Assembly: GCF_004010195.1 (NCBI RefSeq)
Contig: NC_057749.1
Location: 13,328,543-13,392,542 of the forward strand
Origin: Chiloscyllium plagiosum
Taxonomy: Eukaryota
Length of the DNA: 64,000 bases
Direction of reading: 5' to 3'
Below, piece by piece: positions 37,862-51,612 of this stretch (position 1 is the stretch's first letter; each line of letters begins with the position of its first letter). The notes under the pieces were generated by a model, which was not told the origin of the DNA, searched no databases, and was given only the letters and a program-made list of their open reading frames with translations. The translations under genes were made by a program, and so were the position numbers.

Positions 37862-38446
37862 GATCAATAGCATAACGACATCTCTACTTCCTCAGGAAGC
37901 TGAGGGAATTCAGCATATTCATAAAGACACTTACCAATTTTTATAGAAGCTCCATAGAAACCATTCAATTCAAATGCATCACGTCTTGGTACGGCAACTG
38001 CTCTGCCCGGGGCCATAAGAAACTATGGAGAGTTGTGACCTCAGCTCAATCCTTCACACAAGCCAACCTTACATCCACTGACTCCATCTATCCTTCTCAC
38101 TGCCTCGGGAAGGCAGCCAATGTCATCAAAGCCCCCTCCCATCCTGGTTATACTCTCTTCCAACTCCTCCATCGGACAGAAGATACAAAAGCTTAAAAGA
38201 AAGCTTAAACACACATTCCAACAGATTCAAGAACAACTTCTTCCGCACTGTCATCTGACTTCTGAATGGACCTCTCAAATTTTAAATTTAAATTTTGATC
38301 TTGTTCTTTGTGCGCCTTCTCTGCAGCCATAACATTGTATTCCTCGCTCTGTTCTATTATCCTAATGCACCTTGTATGGTATGATCTGCCTGTAAAGCAA
38401 AACTTTCACTGTACCTAGGTACATGTGACAATAATAAATCAAATCA
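37862..38446 (+). mobile_element. Rex1/Babar-like LINE 3' fragment
   Basis: RHLYFLRKLR, LTNFYRSSIE, CITSWYGNCSA, then tail TTTCACTGTACC...ACATGTGACAATAATAAATCAAATCA. Confidence 0.85.
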
Positions 38447-39449
38447 GTAGATCATAGATCCATGAGCTACTTGTTGCCAGTCAAATCTCCATTCGTACAC
38501 ATTCAGTTACCATTTTATTTCATATAGAAAGCAGACACAATGTTAGATGGACAAAGAGGAACGTTTTAATGCTGAGTTCCTCTCCGTTTCAGCTAAGATA
38601 GAGAGGATTATAAAAGAAGCCAGTATATGCAATACATTCCTGTGGTGATATATCTACAACACATTTCCGTGTGTTAACTGATCACCCCATCAAATATCAA
38701 TGTTCAGTCAGACATTGGGTTACTGCGAGGTGGAATCCCCAGCTGTGGGAAAGGGTTAACTCTGCATATCGCGACTGAAAAGACTTGGAAAAGAACATTT
38801 GCATTGATGTGGAACTTTACAAACCCCAAGGATATTCCAAAGCATTTTACAGCCCATGAAATTCCTTTGAGTCTGCATTGGAATCTGTGCAGCAGCCAAT
38901 TTGCTCTCTGCAAGCTCCCACATCCATCATTTCTTATTGTATGAATAATTATAAATAATACAGTATAATATAATGTCAACACATTCTATCTGAAGCTGGG
39001 TGCAGTTTGTGGATTTGGGGTAGACTGCCATGTTACTCTGTGAGGATGGTTGGGCCACAAACAAGCAAAAGAGGTTCTTGTCGTTCAGAATAAGATGCAG
39101 CTCATTATGTAACAGTAACTAAGTATATGTCACATTAACTCTTAGGCAATTTGAATATTGATGATACGAGATAAATAAGGCAATCGTGTATCCATCAAGA
39201 GACCGTTTCCAGCAACTGCTCAATCTGACTGTAGTTGCCTAACTGCAACTGGCATAATCCAATATCCCACCCAATGGCTATGCTACCTACCAGAATGGAT
39301 GGAGCTTCAGTTCTGTTCACATATTAACCCGTTCATACCCATCATCTTGTACAGTAATGATCAGTATATGTGTTCTTAGTTGTTGATTGTTCGATTAAAT
39401 ATTGGTCCAACGTATGGGGCAGACCTTCCATATTCATCTTCAAAATGGC

Positions 39450-40092
39450 ATAGAATAGAAGCATAACAGTGCAGAAAGAGGCCACTCAGCCCACCAAGGG
39501 GTGGCACGGCGGCTCAGTGGTTAGCACTGCTGCCTCACCGCTCCAGGGACCCGGTTTCGATTCCAGCCTTAGTTGATTGCCTGTGTGGAGTTTGCACATT
39601 CTCCCCGTGTCTGCGTGGGTTTCCTCCGGGTGCTCTGGTTTCCTCCCACAGTCTAAAAGATGTGTGGGTTAGGTGAATTGGCTGTGCTAAATTGCCCATA
39701 GTGTTAGGTGCATTAGTCAGGGGTAAATGTGGGGAGGTGGGTCTGGGTGGGTTACTCTTCAGAGGGTCAGTGTGGACTTGTTGGGCCAAAGGGCCTGTTT
39801 CCACACAGTAGGGAATCTAATCTAAAAACACCTATCCTCCAAAGGACATTCTGCCCCAACTCTATACCTATAACATCGTATTTCCCATGGTTAATCCAAC
39901 TAGTGTGCAAATCCCTGGACACTACAGAGCAATTTAGTTCTGCTAATTCACCTGCATATCTTTGCACTGTGGGAGGTAAGAGAACCCAGCAGAAGCAGGG
40001 ACAACACACAAACTCCACACAGTGACCCAAGGCTGGGATCAAAACCAGATCCCTGGTGCAGTGAGGCAGCAGTGTTAACCACTGAGCCACCC
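39450..40092 (-). mobile_element. Older HE1-type SINE interrupted by an antisense HE1 copy
   Basis: Tail at 39450-39498; body resumes at about 39825 and runs to GCAGCAGTGTTAACCACTGAGCCAC. Confidence 0.75.
39499..39824 (+). mobile_element. HE1-type SINE, full length
   Basis: GGGTGGCACGGCGGCTCAGTGGTTAGC...AATCTAATCTAA. Confidence 0.93.
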
Positions 40093-40589
40093 ATAAGTGC
40101 TTCTACATCCAGTGTAAGAGCAGATAGCCTCCCAGTTTAAGAAAGATAGAATGCCTCCAACTCTGCAGCACCTCCTCAGGAGTATTAGCTTAAATGCTCT
40201 GGAGGAGAACTTGAGCCCACAACCTTCATCTTCAGAGATGGGAATGTTACAAACTGAGTCGTTATTGGCAAGACTCCTACATTGCCACAATTGTTTGCCT
40301 GTGTAGTGAACCCCATAAAATATAAAAGTTTAAATTGATTTGTTTCCTTTAGCCCTTCTTTAATAAATGCTCCTGCCAATGCAATTAATGTCAATAAGCA
40401 TGTTTCCAAAGATGGCTAAGTAATTTTAATTTTGCTGATTGCTTTAAGCTCTCACAATCAAATCTCAATAAATGAAACACAGCAATCATAACCATTAAGA
40501 ATATGTCTGAACAATAAGTATTAAAAATTAAATAATGACAAAAGTTAATAGTTGAATATTTGACTTTGTGCTGATTTATTTTTTAGTCA

Positions 40590-41520
40590 TTAATGGGATA
40601 TAGATATATATTACCCATCCTTAATTGTCCTTGCGAACATGACGGTGAGCTGCCTTCTTGAATCGTTGCAGTCTATGTGCTGTAGGTTGACCTACGTTGC
40701 CCTTAGGGAGGGAATTCCAGTACCTTGACTCAGTGACAGTGAAGGAACAGCAATATATTTCCAAGTCAGAATGGTGAATGGCTTGGAGGGGAATTTGTAG
40801 CTGGTGGTGTTCCCAAGAATATGCTGCCCTTGTCCTACTAAGTAGTAGTAATCGTGGGTTTGAAATTGCTCTTAGGAGCCTTGGTGAAGTTTTGCAGTGC
40901 ACGTAGATGGTGCACATTGAGCTTTGTGCTTAGAGAGAGTAAATGTAGATGTGGTGCCAGTTAAGTAGGTTGCTTTGTCCTAGATGGTGCCAACCTTCTT
41001 GAGTATTGTTGGAGTTACATCCATCCAGGCAAGTTGGAAATATGCCATCATAATCCAATCGTTGTGCTTTATAGAATGTGGAAAATCTCTGGGGAGACGG
41101 AGTAACTTACTCACTGCAGAAATTCTAGCCTCAGACTTGCTACAGTTTTTTTATGGCTAATCCAATTCAGTTTCTGGTTAACTAATCTCCAGGCCATTGA
41201 TAATGGGAGATTCAGTGATGGATTGCTGTTGAATATCAAAGGACAATGATTGGATTCTCTGTTGTTTGGAAATGGTCACTCCCTGACACTTGTTTGGCCC
41301 AAACATTAATTGTCCCTTGTCAGCATAAACCTGGATATTGACCAGGTCTTGCTGCACTGGACATTACTTCAGTATCTGAGGAGTCATGAATTGTGCTGAA
41401 CATCGGTGCAGTAATTGGGAAACATCCCCACTTCTGGCCTTATGATGGAGGAAAGATCACTGATAGCTGAAGGTGATTGAGCCTACAATGTGACCCTGAG
41501 GAACGCTGGAGGAGATCTTC
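40590..41520 (-). mobile_element. Second CR1-group LINE, decayed RT to 3' end
   Basis: Homologous to 52320-53260; ORF 40621-40917 ends YWNSLP...LQRFKKAAHRHV. Confidence 0.85.
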
Positions 41521-42944
41521 AATTGTTTAATAAATGGCAGTGAGCTTCCTTCCTGCTTTCAGCACATCAGGTGACACAGAAATTTACTTTAGGGAAGAAA
41601 ATCAGATGAAAACCATCTCTAACTAAGACTAACGATTAAGGTAGTTCTGCCCAGATCTCTTGAACACTTTGTTAACAACGTGTCCTGTTTGAATATTTTG
41701 TCCAATAGCTAATTTTGCTGACAGTGTAGTACTTCCTCAGTCTGACATTTGGAGAATCATTCTCAACCATGTGCTTTGGACTCCAGTGCAGATGGACACC
41801 AACAAACTTCTGACTTAAAAGTGACTACTTACCCACTGAGATGACACAGTGAAGTGATTTGGACAGATTGTGTGCAGGCAGGTGGGAAGAAACCTCTAAT
41901 CCAATGTATTGCTTCTTAAAGTTCATTATTGTTAAGTAAAATGGGCAATCCTTCATTGATGACCCAGGGCATCAAGCTGTTACGTTAAAAAAAATTCCCT
42001 GTTTTCACAGGTTCGGTGTGAATTGTTATCTAACATTTTGCTTTCTCACTCAGATTTCTATTATCTGCAACATTGTACTATCTGTATTAAGTTTGAATCT
42101 TATGTTAGCTATCATGCTAGCTTAAGGCTAGGGACAAAATCAAAGATGAATAACACACACAAAAGCAAGATTATGAATTAGAGATGACCAGGTTAAAGAG
42201 ATGGACATCAAGAAGCCTCTTGAAGTCAGGGAGCAATGTAACAGAGAAAGGTATGGGAAATTTCTTCCAGAATACAAGGGAATAACAAAAGGGAGCTGTG
42301 CAGTTGATGGATCTGGGAAAGTTGGTAAATCTTGAATCAAAGAAGGTGGTGGCATGTGGTAAGGCTAAGTCTTTCAAGAGAAGTATGAATATGACAAGGT
42401 AGTAGAATGGGATTTATGCAGAGAGAAAGAACATTGCTGTAAGTCACTGGACCCAAAGCTTTAACACTGCTTTCTCTCCATAGATGGTGACAGACCTGCT
42501 GAGTTTCTCCAGCAATTTCTGTTTGTGTTGTTCCGTGGACATGATGGGCTGAATAGTCTATTACTGTACTGTAAAATCATTTTGTAATAAACTGTAGATT
42601 CTGTACCAATGAGGAAGGTCCTAATATAAGATGAAAATCTATAATCAAAGCATCATTTTTCTGCAAACTCACCTTGTTAATTCCACTCACAGAATGCAGA
42701 GAAAAAAATGCATGTTTGTAGCTATTCAGATCTCTGTGGGAGAGATCTGTCTATTGATTACTTTGAACTTTAGCCCCATCATTTAATAAGAATCACTAAC
42801 TGCTATAAATAAATTTGGATGATGAGAATTAATGGCCGATGCGTGTGTTGGATTGTACGGATATTCTGATGGGATTAACCATGAGGATATTTGTCTTGCA
42901 GTAATGAGAGTTAAGTAAAATTGAAATCAAGTGCAATAAGATCA

Positions 42945-43300
42945 TTTCTGCTCAAGGACAAGGGTGTCACTGGCCAGGCGATCATTTATGGCCGTCTCTA
43001 ATTGCCTTTGAGAAGGTGGTGGTTGGATGCTTTCCTGCACCATTGCAGTCCTCAAGGGTGTGGGCAGACCCACAATGCTGGATTTAGACTCAGCAACACT
43101 CATGGAGCAGCGATATATTTCCAAGTCACGACAATGTGTGGCTTGGAGGGAATTTGCATTTGGTAATGTTCCCATGTATGTGCTGCCCTCATCCTTTTAG
43201 GTAGTAGAGGTGCTTGGCTTGGAAGGCGCTGGTGAAGGAGCCTTCGCAATTTACTGCAGTGGATCTCATTGATGGTGCACAGTCCTGCCTGTGTGCTTCA
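42945..43300 (-). mobile_element. Second CR1-group LINE 3' fragment (another at about 46230-46520)
   Basis: TTGAGAAGGTGGTGG, ATATTTCCAAGTCA, GGCTTGGAGGGAATTTGC. Confidence 0.75.
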
Positions 43301-44778
43301 AAGGCTCGTTAATGATCAACTCCATTGATGTAGGATTGAAATCATGTGTAGAGTCAGGATCGCAAATAGCTTTCCATGAAGGACATAGGGAACCAAATGG
43401 ATTTTTAAGGTAACCAACATAAGGTTTTTTTTTGAAAGTGAAGTCAAAGTTCTCAATCTGTCAAAGGTAGAATTTGAAGATTTTGGCATTAAAGAAGAGG
43501 GATCGGGGGAGCCCAATAGTGGGCAATGAGACTGGCAACACTGAGGATATGGAGGTCCAGTCAATCTCATCAAGCCTGTGTCCTCTAGTTATTCATACAT
43601 CCTCATGGAATAGTGGTCATGACGAGTGTACCACCATTCGCCATGTGAGCATCAAGGACTACTGGCAATTCTTTCGGGCAGCAGAGAGTAAAGACTATCC
43701 AAGGCTCTGTGCTGGAAGGAGGTGCGGTAGATCGAGGTTGGAGGATCTGGGTTGCAAGGCTGGAAAAGGTTACTGGGCTTACACTGAATTTGGATCCAAA
43801 CACTGTTGCATCCCTAAGCTCCCTTCTGTTTTCTGTTTTTTTAGCAGGTTTTTGTTAGAAATGGTTTCTAAATTGAATGGACTGACCTCCAGGGCGGAAT
43901 ACACACTCGATCTTAGATAGATTCTTGATCTGTGAGGGATTCAAGGGTTATGGAGAAAGGGCAGGAAAGTGGATGTGAGGACTGTTGGATCAATCATGAT
44001 CCTATTGAATAGCAGAGCAGGTTCAAGATGCCAAATGGCCTACTTTTGTTCCTATTTCTTATGGTCTGATGATAGTCTCCATTTAGGTGCAAGCAGACAG
44101 TATACCTTTTTAAGGAGTGACGATCAAGGGGAATGATGTCATGGCTTGAGGTTGGGGGCTAGGGGATATCAAAGGTGCCTTCAAGAAACAAAACAGAAAA
44201 AATACAAGGAAGACCAGAGAATGGGCCACTGAGCAGTTAGATTGGTAACTTCAGATAGTTAAATGAAATTGTTCTATGCTATTTGTGAAGCTATTACACT
44301 GCACCAACACAGCTATTAACAAGTCTGGGGCTATAGCTCAGTGGGAGAGTGTTTGGTTGTCAAAAACAGGATCAAGGCTTAACTTCTTGTCAGAACAATG
44401 CCACCTCTTACAGTGCAGTGCTCCCTTGGTTGTATCAGCCCACAGCATGTGCCCAGGTTGATGGAGTGGGGCTTGAACCCAAAACCCTCTGACACAATGG
44501 TGACAAGGCTTACCACTGAGACACAGAGCAATTACAGATTACACCACTTTGGTCTGTCCCAGTCTGGTGACTATGAGCCATGCAGGAAGACCCCAATTTG
44601 ATCCACTGGCCTGTGCCTCAATCAGGCCCATTGTAGATGGCAACAAATATGGGATGAGATGTTGAACTGGTGTCTCCTGCATCCCCTGGGGTAGGTGTGA
44701 AAGGTCAGATGACACTATCTTGAAGAGGAGCTGGAGATTTCTCCCTGGTGTCCTGCCCAAGTCTTCCCTTCTGACCTT

Positions 44779-45403
44779 TGTGACAATGCTGTGGCTTTAA
44801 TATTTTATTTTGTCCTGTTTTTTGAAGAGAGGTAGTAAGGCAGAAGTGATGAGCAGTCTACCAAAACCACTAGAGTAAACAGCTTGTGAGGCCTTGGTTT
44901 TTTTTTTAAGTTGGAATAATAGAAGCAGCCTGGATGAGTTTGGCCAGCTCTCATAGACTAGGATTTCTCGGGTTTTTCAGTTTTTTGGTTTAGGTTTAGG
45001 CAGCTACTGTTGTGGGTTTGAAGAAGTGGAAGCTATTTTTCTCTCCCCAATTATAGCCAAAAGCTGGGGATTCTTTTCCTGGGCTGATGGATGGCATGTG
45101 AGACAAAGTGTTTTACTGATTTTGCCTTTTTGCCAAAGGGTATGTTTATGGGATGTCACTATATTGGCACAGTTAATTAATAATAGTAATGTATCTATTA
45201 TTCTATTAAGTTTTGCAATAGAGTTATTCTAAATTCCTCTTTCTTTGGTTGTATTTTAACTACTTATTTAAATTACTTGTGTTTTGCTTAACATCAGTAG
45301 TTTGATGAGTTGAATTGCATCTGGAACATGGCACGTTACATTTGCCTTTGTAATAAGAAAATGTTAGGGTCTAGGCTACCTTCTTAAAATATAACCCATA
45401 ACA
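44779..45403 (+). mobile_element. Solo LTR
   Basis: TGTGACAAT...CCATAACA termini; 4-bp flanks CCTT / CTTT; homologous to 51139-51965; strand is tentative. Confidence 0.8.
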
Positions 45404-46700
45404 CTTTTAACAAGAATGAAGTCTAATGGAATAACTGTTATTAATTTATAGGAATGCAAAATCCAAGTGATGAGTTGAAACTCTGATAGAACATGCCGAA
45501 GGTTTAAAAAGCTGCTGTTGAGCTCTGCATCTCCCCACATGGCGAACAATCAGTAAGTGTGATCAATAATCATCTTGACCTTGATATTACCCAGTTACCT
45601 ATACCTCCATAATGCTGAGTAATTAGAGAAAGTCATTACCTTCCATTAGCTTATGCATAGGTTTCTGAAAGAGTCGTTGGGAATTCAGTTCCCTGCACTA
45701 TTGCACAGGAAAGCACTAATCTCATTGTTTTCAACTGAGAAATAGATCTATAAGAGTTTGTTTGATTGAAGGCAAATTGAATTTCCCAAAGTGAAGATGT
45801 GGCACTGGCAGCGGTGCACTGATCATCTCAGAAATGGACCAGATGTAGATACCATCAAATATTGAGAAAAGACCTTACATTTAACATTGGTCACAATTAT
45901 TGTCTGATTTAATAAAACACTCAGGTGGTCATTAACTGCACCATGTTACATAAGACAGATTAACCAAGAGTTTAGAAAAGGAAAACCATTATGCTGAAAT
46001 ATTAATCATCGCTAACCATTCAATGAGGTGGTACCACAACAACATGCATTTGTATAGCATTCCCAATGTAGTAAAACATCTTCAAAATGCTTCTCAGAAA
46101 CATTTCTGACACCAAGTCACACATTCAGATGTTAAGACAAGTGATAGAAAGAGTTAGTGTTCGGCTTTAAATAACAGCTTAAAGGAGGAGAGCGTTAGAG
46201 GGGAGAGGAAGTTTAGAGATTCTTTCAAGGCCAGGATTTACTGCCCGTTCCTTGAGAATGCAGTGGTGAACTGCCTTCTTAAACCCTTCAGTACATGTGG
46301 TGGAGGGACACGCCCAGGGCTACTGGGGAGGAAGGCTCAGGATTTTGACCCAGTGACACTGATGGAACAGCAGTATAACTTCAAGTCAGGATGGTGACTG
46401 GTTTGGAGGGGAATTTGTAGGCAGTCATGATCCAGTACATTGACTGTGCTTGTCCTTCTAAATGTTAGTGGGTGCATGCTTGGAAGGAGCCTTAGTGAGT
46501 TGCTGCAGTGCGTCTGAAAGGCAGTGATAGTTTGAGTGAAATTAAACATACAAACATATTAATTACAAGCAGGAGTATGCCCTGACTCCCCTTGAGCCTG
46601 ATCCTCCACTCAATAAAATCAAGGCAATCTGATTTCTCTACAATCCTGCCAACCCACAATAGCTTTCATCCCCTTGTTTATCAAAATACACATCAAGAAA

Positions 46701-47048
46701 GGGGTGGTATGGTGGCTCATTGGTTAATGTTGCTGCCTCACAGCACCAGGGACCTGGGTTTGATTCCACACTCAGGCGACTGTCTGTGTGGAGTTTGCAC
46801 ATTCTCCCTGTGTCTGCATGGGTTTCCTCCGGGTGCTCTGGTTTCACCCCACACTCCAAAGCTATGTGGATTAGGTGGTTTGGCCTTGCTAAGTTGTCCA
46901 TAGTGTCCAGGGATGTGCAGGCTAGGTGGATTAGCCATAGGAGATGCAGGGTTATGGGGATAGGTTAGGGGGATGTGATGCTCTTCGGAGGTTCGGTGTG
47001 GATTCGATGGGCCAAATGGCCTCCTTCCACACTGTGGAGTTTCTACAA
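46701..47048 (+). mobile_element. HE1-type SINE
   Basis: GGTGGCTCATTGG...GGGTTTGATTCC...TGTGGAGTTTGCAC. Confidence 0.9.
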
Positions 47049-48194
47049 TGCTAGTTGTTTGAAGCAAATGCTGTGTGTTTACAACATTCGCTGTTAGAAC
47101 ATGGTGTGGATGTGAGATTGATGGAACATAGTGACACATAGCAACATGTCTCTCCTCTGGGTTAGTGACCACTAACAAGGTGCCTGGCTTTATGCCTGTC
47201 CTAAACAGCAAGGCAAGACAGGAGTAAAGTGAACCTGTTTGCACTGGCTGAGGAGGCAAGGAAATGTGCAGTGAACCCAGGGGTGCAGTGAACCCAGGCA
47301 GATAGGTGCCAAGAGAGTGAGCACTAAGGAAGTGAGCGAGCAGGGCCCCCCCCCTTGCCACCTAATCTAATTCATGGGCTGGTTGTCAGTCCCCAGACAC
47401 AAAGTGTCCTGACAGCAGTAGCATTCCAATAAAGATGGTGCTGTCCTCTGAAGTGCAGCATTGAAGTGAGGCATCATACTGTAAGTGGGTCAGAGACATG
47501 TCATGATGGTGCAGAGGAGCTGACCTGTGAGTGATGCCAGGATCTGTGGATGCAGTGACTGCCTAGAATAGTGCTCTGAGCTATTGGCGCTGGGTGTTAG
47601 CGAGGGAGGCCCCTAGGCGCAAGTTGGAGTAACCAGGTACTCGCTCTGACTCTCAGGTTGGGAATTCTCAGCATGTAGTTTCTAACCAGAAGGTATTGGA
47701 GTAGGACAGTGCATATTCATGAGATAATAATGAGGGTGATAATGAGCAATAATCCCCATTAATAGGCCTCATGCCTCCCACTGGTGAGAATCTCTTCTCA
47801 GTGTCAAAAGTTAGCAGGAATACAAGACTCATCACTCCCAACATCGAGAAAGTCCTCGCTTGGCTTCTCTTGAATCTCTCAGCGTAGCTCATCTTTTTCA
47901 GGGTCCAGTAAATTCCCCCCTTTTTCATTTCACTCTTCAACAGGATGTGGGTGTTGCTTGTTTTAGAAGGACAGGTTTCATTTAACAACTTGAATTTTCT
48001 GAGCAGTGTGTCTGCATAACGTGAACACAATAGATTATGTAATATATTGATTTTTGGAAGACATTAATAAGACATTAAATTGGCAATTTAAATTATAACA
48101 GCCCCGGCGGGATTTGGAATCAACCATAGGCTTCTCTCTTGAGCCCCATAACTTTCTTGCAATTTACAAAAGAAAATATAAATGACCCACTTTG

Positions 48195-48593
48195 GAACAC
48201 AGATGCACACACAGACACACGCACATAGACACACATACACGCAAACACACACACACACATATACACATTGATACATACACACACACAGATACACATACAC
48301 GCACATACATATAGACACACATGCACAGATACACACAGACACACCTAGACACACACACAGACATACACACACAGACATATGCACACACACAGACACACAT
48401 ACACACACACATGGACATACGCACACACAGGCACACATATACACTCACTAACATATGCGCGTGTGCACACACACATGCTCACACACCCACATGCACAGAC
48501 ACATACATGCACACATACACCCACCTACAGACCCACACATGCCAACACACATGCACACGCACACACACACACAAACACACACACACACACACA
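48195..48593. repeat. Degenerate (CA)n-rich microsatellite, about 400 bp
   Basis: CACA/CATA/GACA alternation. Confidence 0.95.
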
Positions 48594-49449
48594 AAATGCC
48601 TCTGACCAGACTCAAGATGAGAAGCTGGAATCCCTACAGTAGAAACCATAAAGAGGTAAATACAGCTACATCACAAAAGTAGAACATGACCAGGGGCACT
48701 CTGGGGAAAATGGAACCCCACTTAAGTTGTGGCTTCAAGTCCCACTCTAGCGGTCTGAGTACAAAGCCAAAAACACAACCAGTATATTGCAAAGAGAGTT
48801 TTATTTTTAATTTATTCCTTCATGGGATGTAGGTGTAACTAACAAAGCCAGCATTCATTACCCATCACCAATTGCTGATACACAAATTGTGTATCTTGCT
48901 CGCTATGTTCCCTCTAATTTCTTTTCTTTCCGCGCAGTCCTCCAAGGTTCTTGCACAGTAGTGACTTCTGAAAGCAGAAGTCCATGTATTTGTATGCTGA
49001 CCAGAGTGTATGGAACCTTGGAGCAGATCATTGCTTGTTAGGGCCATTCCTGAGGACAGTTAAGAATCAACCACATTGTTATGCCCTGCAGTAGATCAAT
49101 GAGCTTGGGATGGCACCTACACTGTAACAATTCATTGAATCATAAAAACTTACCTATTGTACCCGTGCCAGCTCATTGATCGAACTATCTCAATTAGTCG
49201 CATTCCACTTCTTATTTCCCCACTTCCCTTCAAATTTCCCCCTTTCATAAATCTATCCAATTCCTTCTTGAGAATTCTGATCAATCCACTTGCATCATAA
49301 TAAATTGCTGCAGAAAATAAGTTTTCTTTGTGTTGCTTTCTGCCATTTACCTTAATTCTTTGAGCTTCTGACATAGCTGCCAGAGAAAACTATTTCTCCC
49401 CACGTTCTCTATCAGAATTCCTCATGATTTTGATATTAATCTTCTCGAT

Positions 49450-50110
49450 GTGAATGAATGAATTTATTGTCACATATATTTCCAGAGATGCAGTGAAAAG
49501 TGTTCTGTCGCCACAACCCGGCGCCATTTTGAAGTCCAAGGAGACTAAAAGAAAGTCCTTAAATGTAGTTCACTTTCAGGATCCCAAACACGTCTTCAAG
49601 AATTTCTGCAAGGTCCCTGCTCCGGGCCTACCACAGCCAGCAGCCCTCGCTCCAGGCACTGACGCTGTCCATGTCAATGACCCATTGCCAAGAGCCCACA
49701 CTCTGAGCCTACAGCAGCCAGGAGTGCCCATTCCTCCATAGTTGCTGCCGACACTCCCCTACCATCCCAGGAGTCCACACTTCAGGCCTAGGAAGCCAGG
49801 AGTTGCTGCCGACACCGCTCCAGCTTCCTTGCGATGTCAGGATGATGAAGGAAAGAAAAGACGTATAGGAGAGAGACGAAAAGAAAGCGGCCGGCCCGAA
49901 GCAGATGGGGTCAGCCAGAACGCTACCTGCTCCTCGCTCACTGGGTGACCCAAGGCTGGGGTGGAGCCGTGTCCGACTCATCCTGGAGACCTTCTCCTTC
50001 AGCCGCTACTCTCCAGGCTTTAAAGAAAAAAGGAAGAGCTAAAGTAAAAAGATGAAGACAATAAGGAAAAGAGCGGACAAGGCCCCGGCTCAGCCCTGTA
50101 TTCCGTCGCT
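49450..50110 (-). mobile_element. GC-rich non-coding element with Rex1-like tail
   Basis: Minus 3' end CTTTTCACTGCA...ATGTGACAATAAATTCATTCATTCA; CpG-retaining body; 5' boundary uncertain. Confidence 0.6.
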
Positions 50111-50719
50111 ATGTTGCTGGAACATCTATTTATTCTGGACGTGAATTCTTGCTCTGAAATGAGTGGATGCCATTCAGGACATTGCTTACCTTGCAATACA
50201 CTCATACCCAGGAGAGTTTTGCCTGCCATGCTGTAATTGTGCTCCCTAGCAGCAGTCTCATGTCTGACAGTAAAAGTATGTCCCAGAGAGATTGCTAACC
50301 TTGGATCGGTTCCCTGGCCTGTGATAGTCTTTAAGCAGACAACAGTACGGCCACTGAATGCTTTTGCCAACCTATTAGCTCAGCTGGTAGTGCGTGTTGT
50401 CATGTGCCTCAGGCTGCTCTTCCGAGCAGATGGCCAGATGGAGTCACTGGAGTATGGAGTGGGCAGGTGTTGATGTGCTCTTCAGGATACCCAGCTCCAG
50501 CCTGATGTACATCACTAATGAGGAAAATGATTACGTCGGTCGAGTGCTACTGTGTTCCCTGATTCTAGGTAAAGTGCAGCATGTCACAAACATACACATC
50601 AGAATCATGTGCGAGCCATTTCTATATTACACATTCTGACAGTCCTATAGTCAACCATCCCTTTGTTCTGTGTTACACCAATCCTGCAGTATATTGTATT
50701 CCTACATTCTGCTCCTTTA

Positions 50720-50835
50720 TTCATGTATCACACCATTCCTGCATTAATGCATTAGACCATTCCTGTACTTAACCATTCCTGCATTGATGCATCACATCAT
50801 TTCTACGTTAATGCATTCCTGCATTACACCACTCC
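50720..50835. repeat. Degenerate minisatellite (ACCATTCCTGCATTAATGCAT-like units)
   Basis: CATTCCTGCATT or a variant recurs four to five times. Confidence 0.7.
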
Positions 50836-51138
50836 TCTGTTATCTCATACCAACAGTGACTACAGGTATATGACAATGTTTTTTTAGTAGGCAGTAAAAT
50901 TCTTCAGGATGTGAAAGTTCTTCAGGATGTGAAGAGGTTTTAATTTAATTTGCAAGTTCTTTCTTCTTCCCTTGCACTTATTAAACTGGCATGTTTGAGT
51001 GAACACTATGGTGACCTTTGACAATGACCTTGCTATAGTGTGCCCAACACCATGGAGAGGTGAAATCAGACATAGACAAAATCTCTAAAAAAGGCAATAT
51101 TGATTTGCTGTCCCTTATTCGAAATGTCTGATAGTTAG

Positions 51139-51578
51139 TGTGACAATATTATGGCTTTAAGGAGTGTATTTTGTCCTAGTTGTTTTTCAGAGAGATTTTG
51201 AGCTAGAGGTGTTTCTTATCTTGCAACTTGTACTACAAATCACTATAAGGTAATGTAACTTATTTTTCTTTATTATATCTATTTTGTATCTAAGATTTGT
51301 ACCTAGGTACTTTGTAGCTCAGATGGTGCTGTATGGGGGCGATATTGTTAATTTTTCACTGTATTCCTGTACTTATGTACATGAGTGCATGTGACAACAA
51401 ACCTATTTCTAAATTCTGATTCTTCAAGGCCAATAAACAGCTTGTGAGGCACTGAGGCTTTTCTTAAAGTTAGAACAATAGAAGCAGTCTGACTGGGTGG
51501 AATCATGCTCCCACAGAACCAGGGTTTTAATTTAATTTGCAGTTATTGGGGTTTTAAAGTTGATTGTGGAAGCTGTTA

Positions 51579-51612
<34 letters not shown>

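Noticed and set aside
44327..44385. tRNA-Ala-like gene (GGGGCTATAGCTCAGTGGGAGAG)
   Set aside because: Only the 5' A-box region matches; no T-arm/B-box or cloverleaf
46738..47361. 207-aa ORF as a gene
   Set aside because: Half of it is an antisense reading of an HE1 SINE; no domain or splice support
48088..48682. Cys/Val- and His/Thr-rich ORFs
   Set aside because: Artefacts of the CA microsatellite
50899..50933. Short direct duplications (also about 8436-8470, 30731-30749, 47266-47298)
   Set aside because: Ordinary slippage duplications of 9-19 bp
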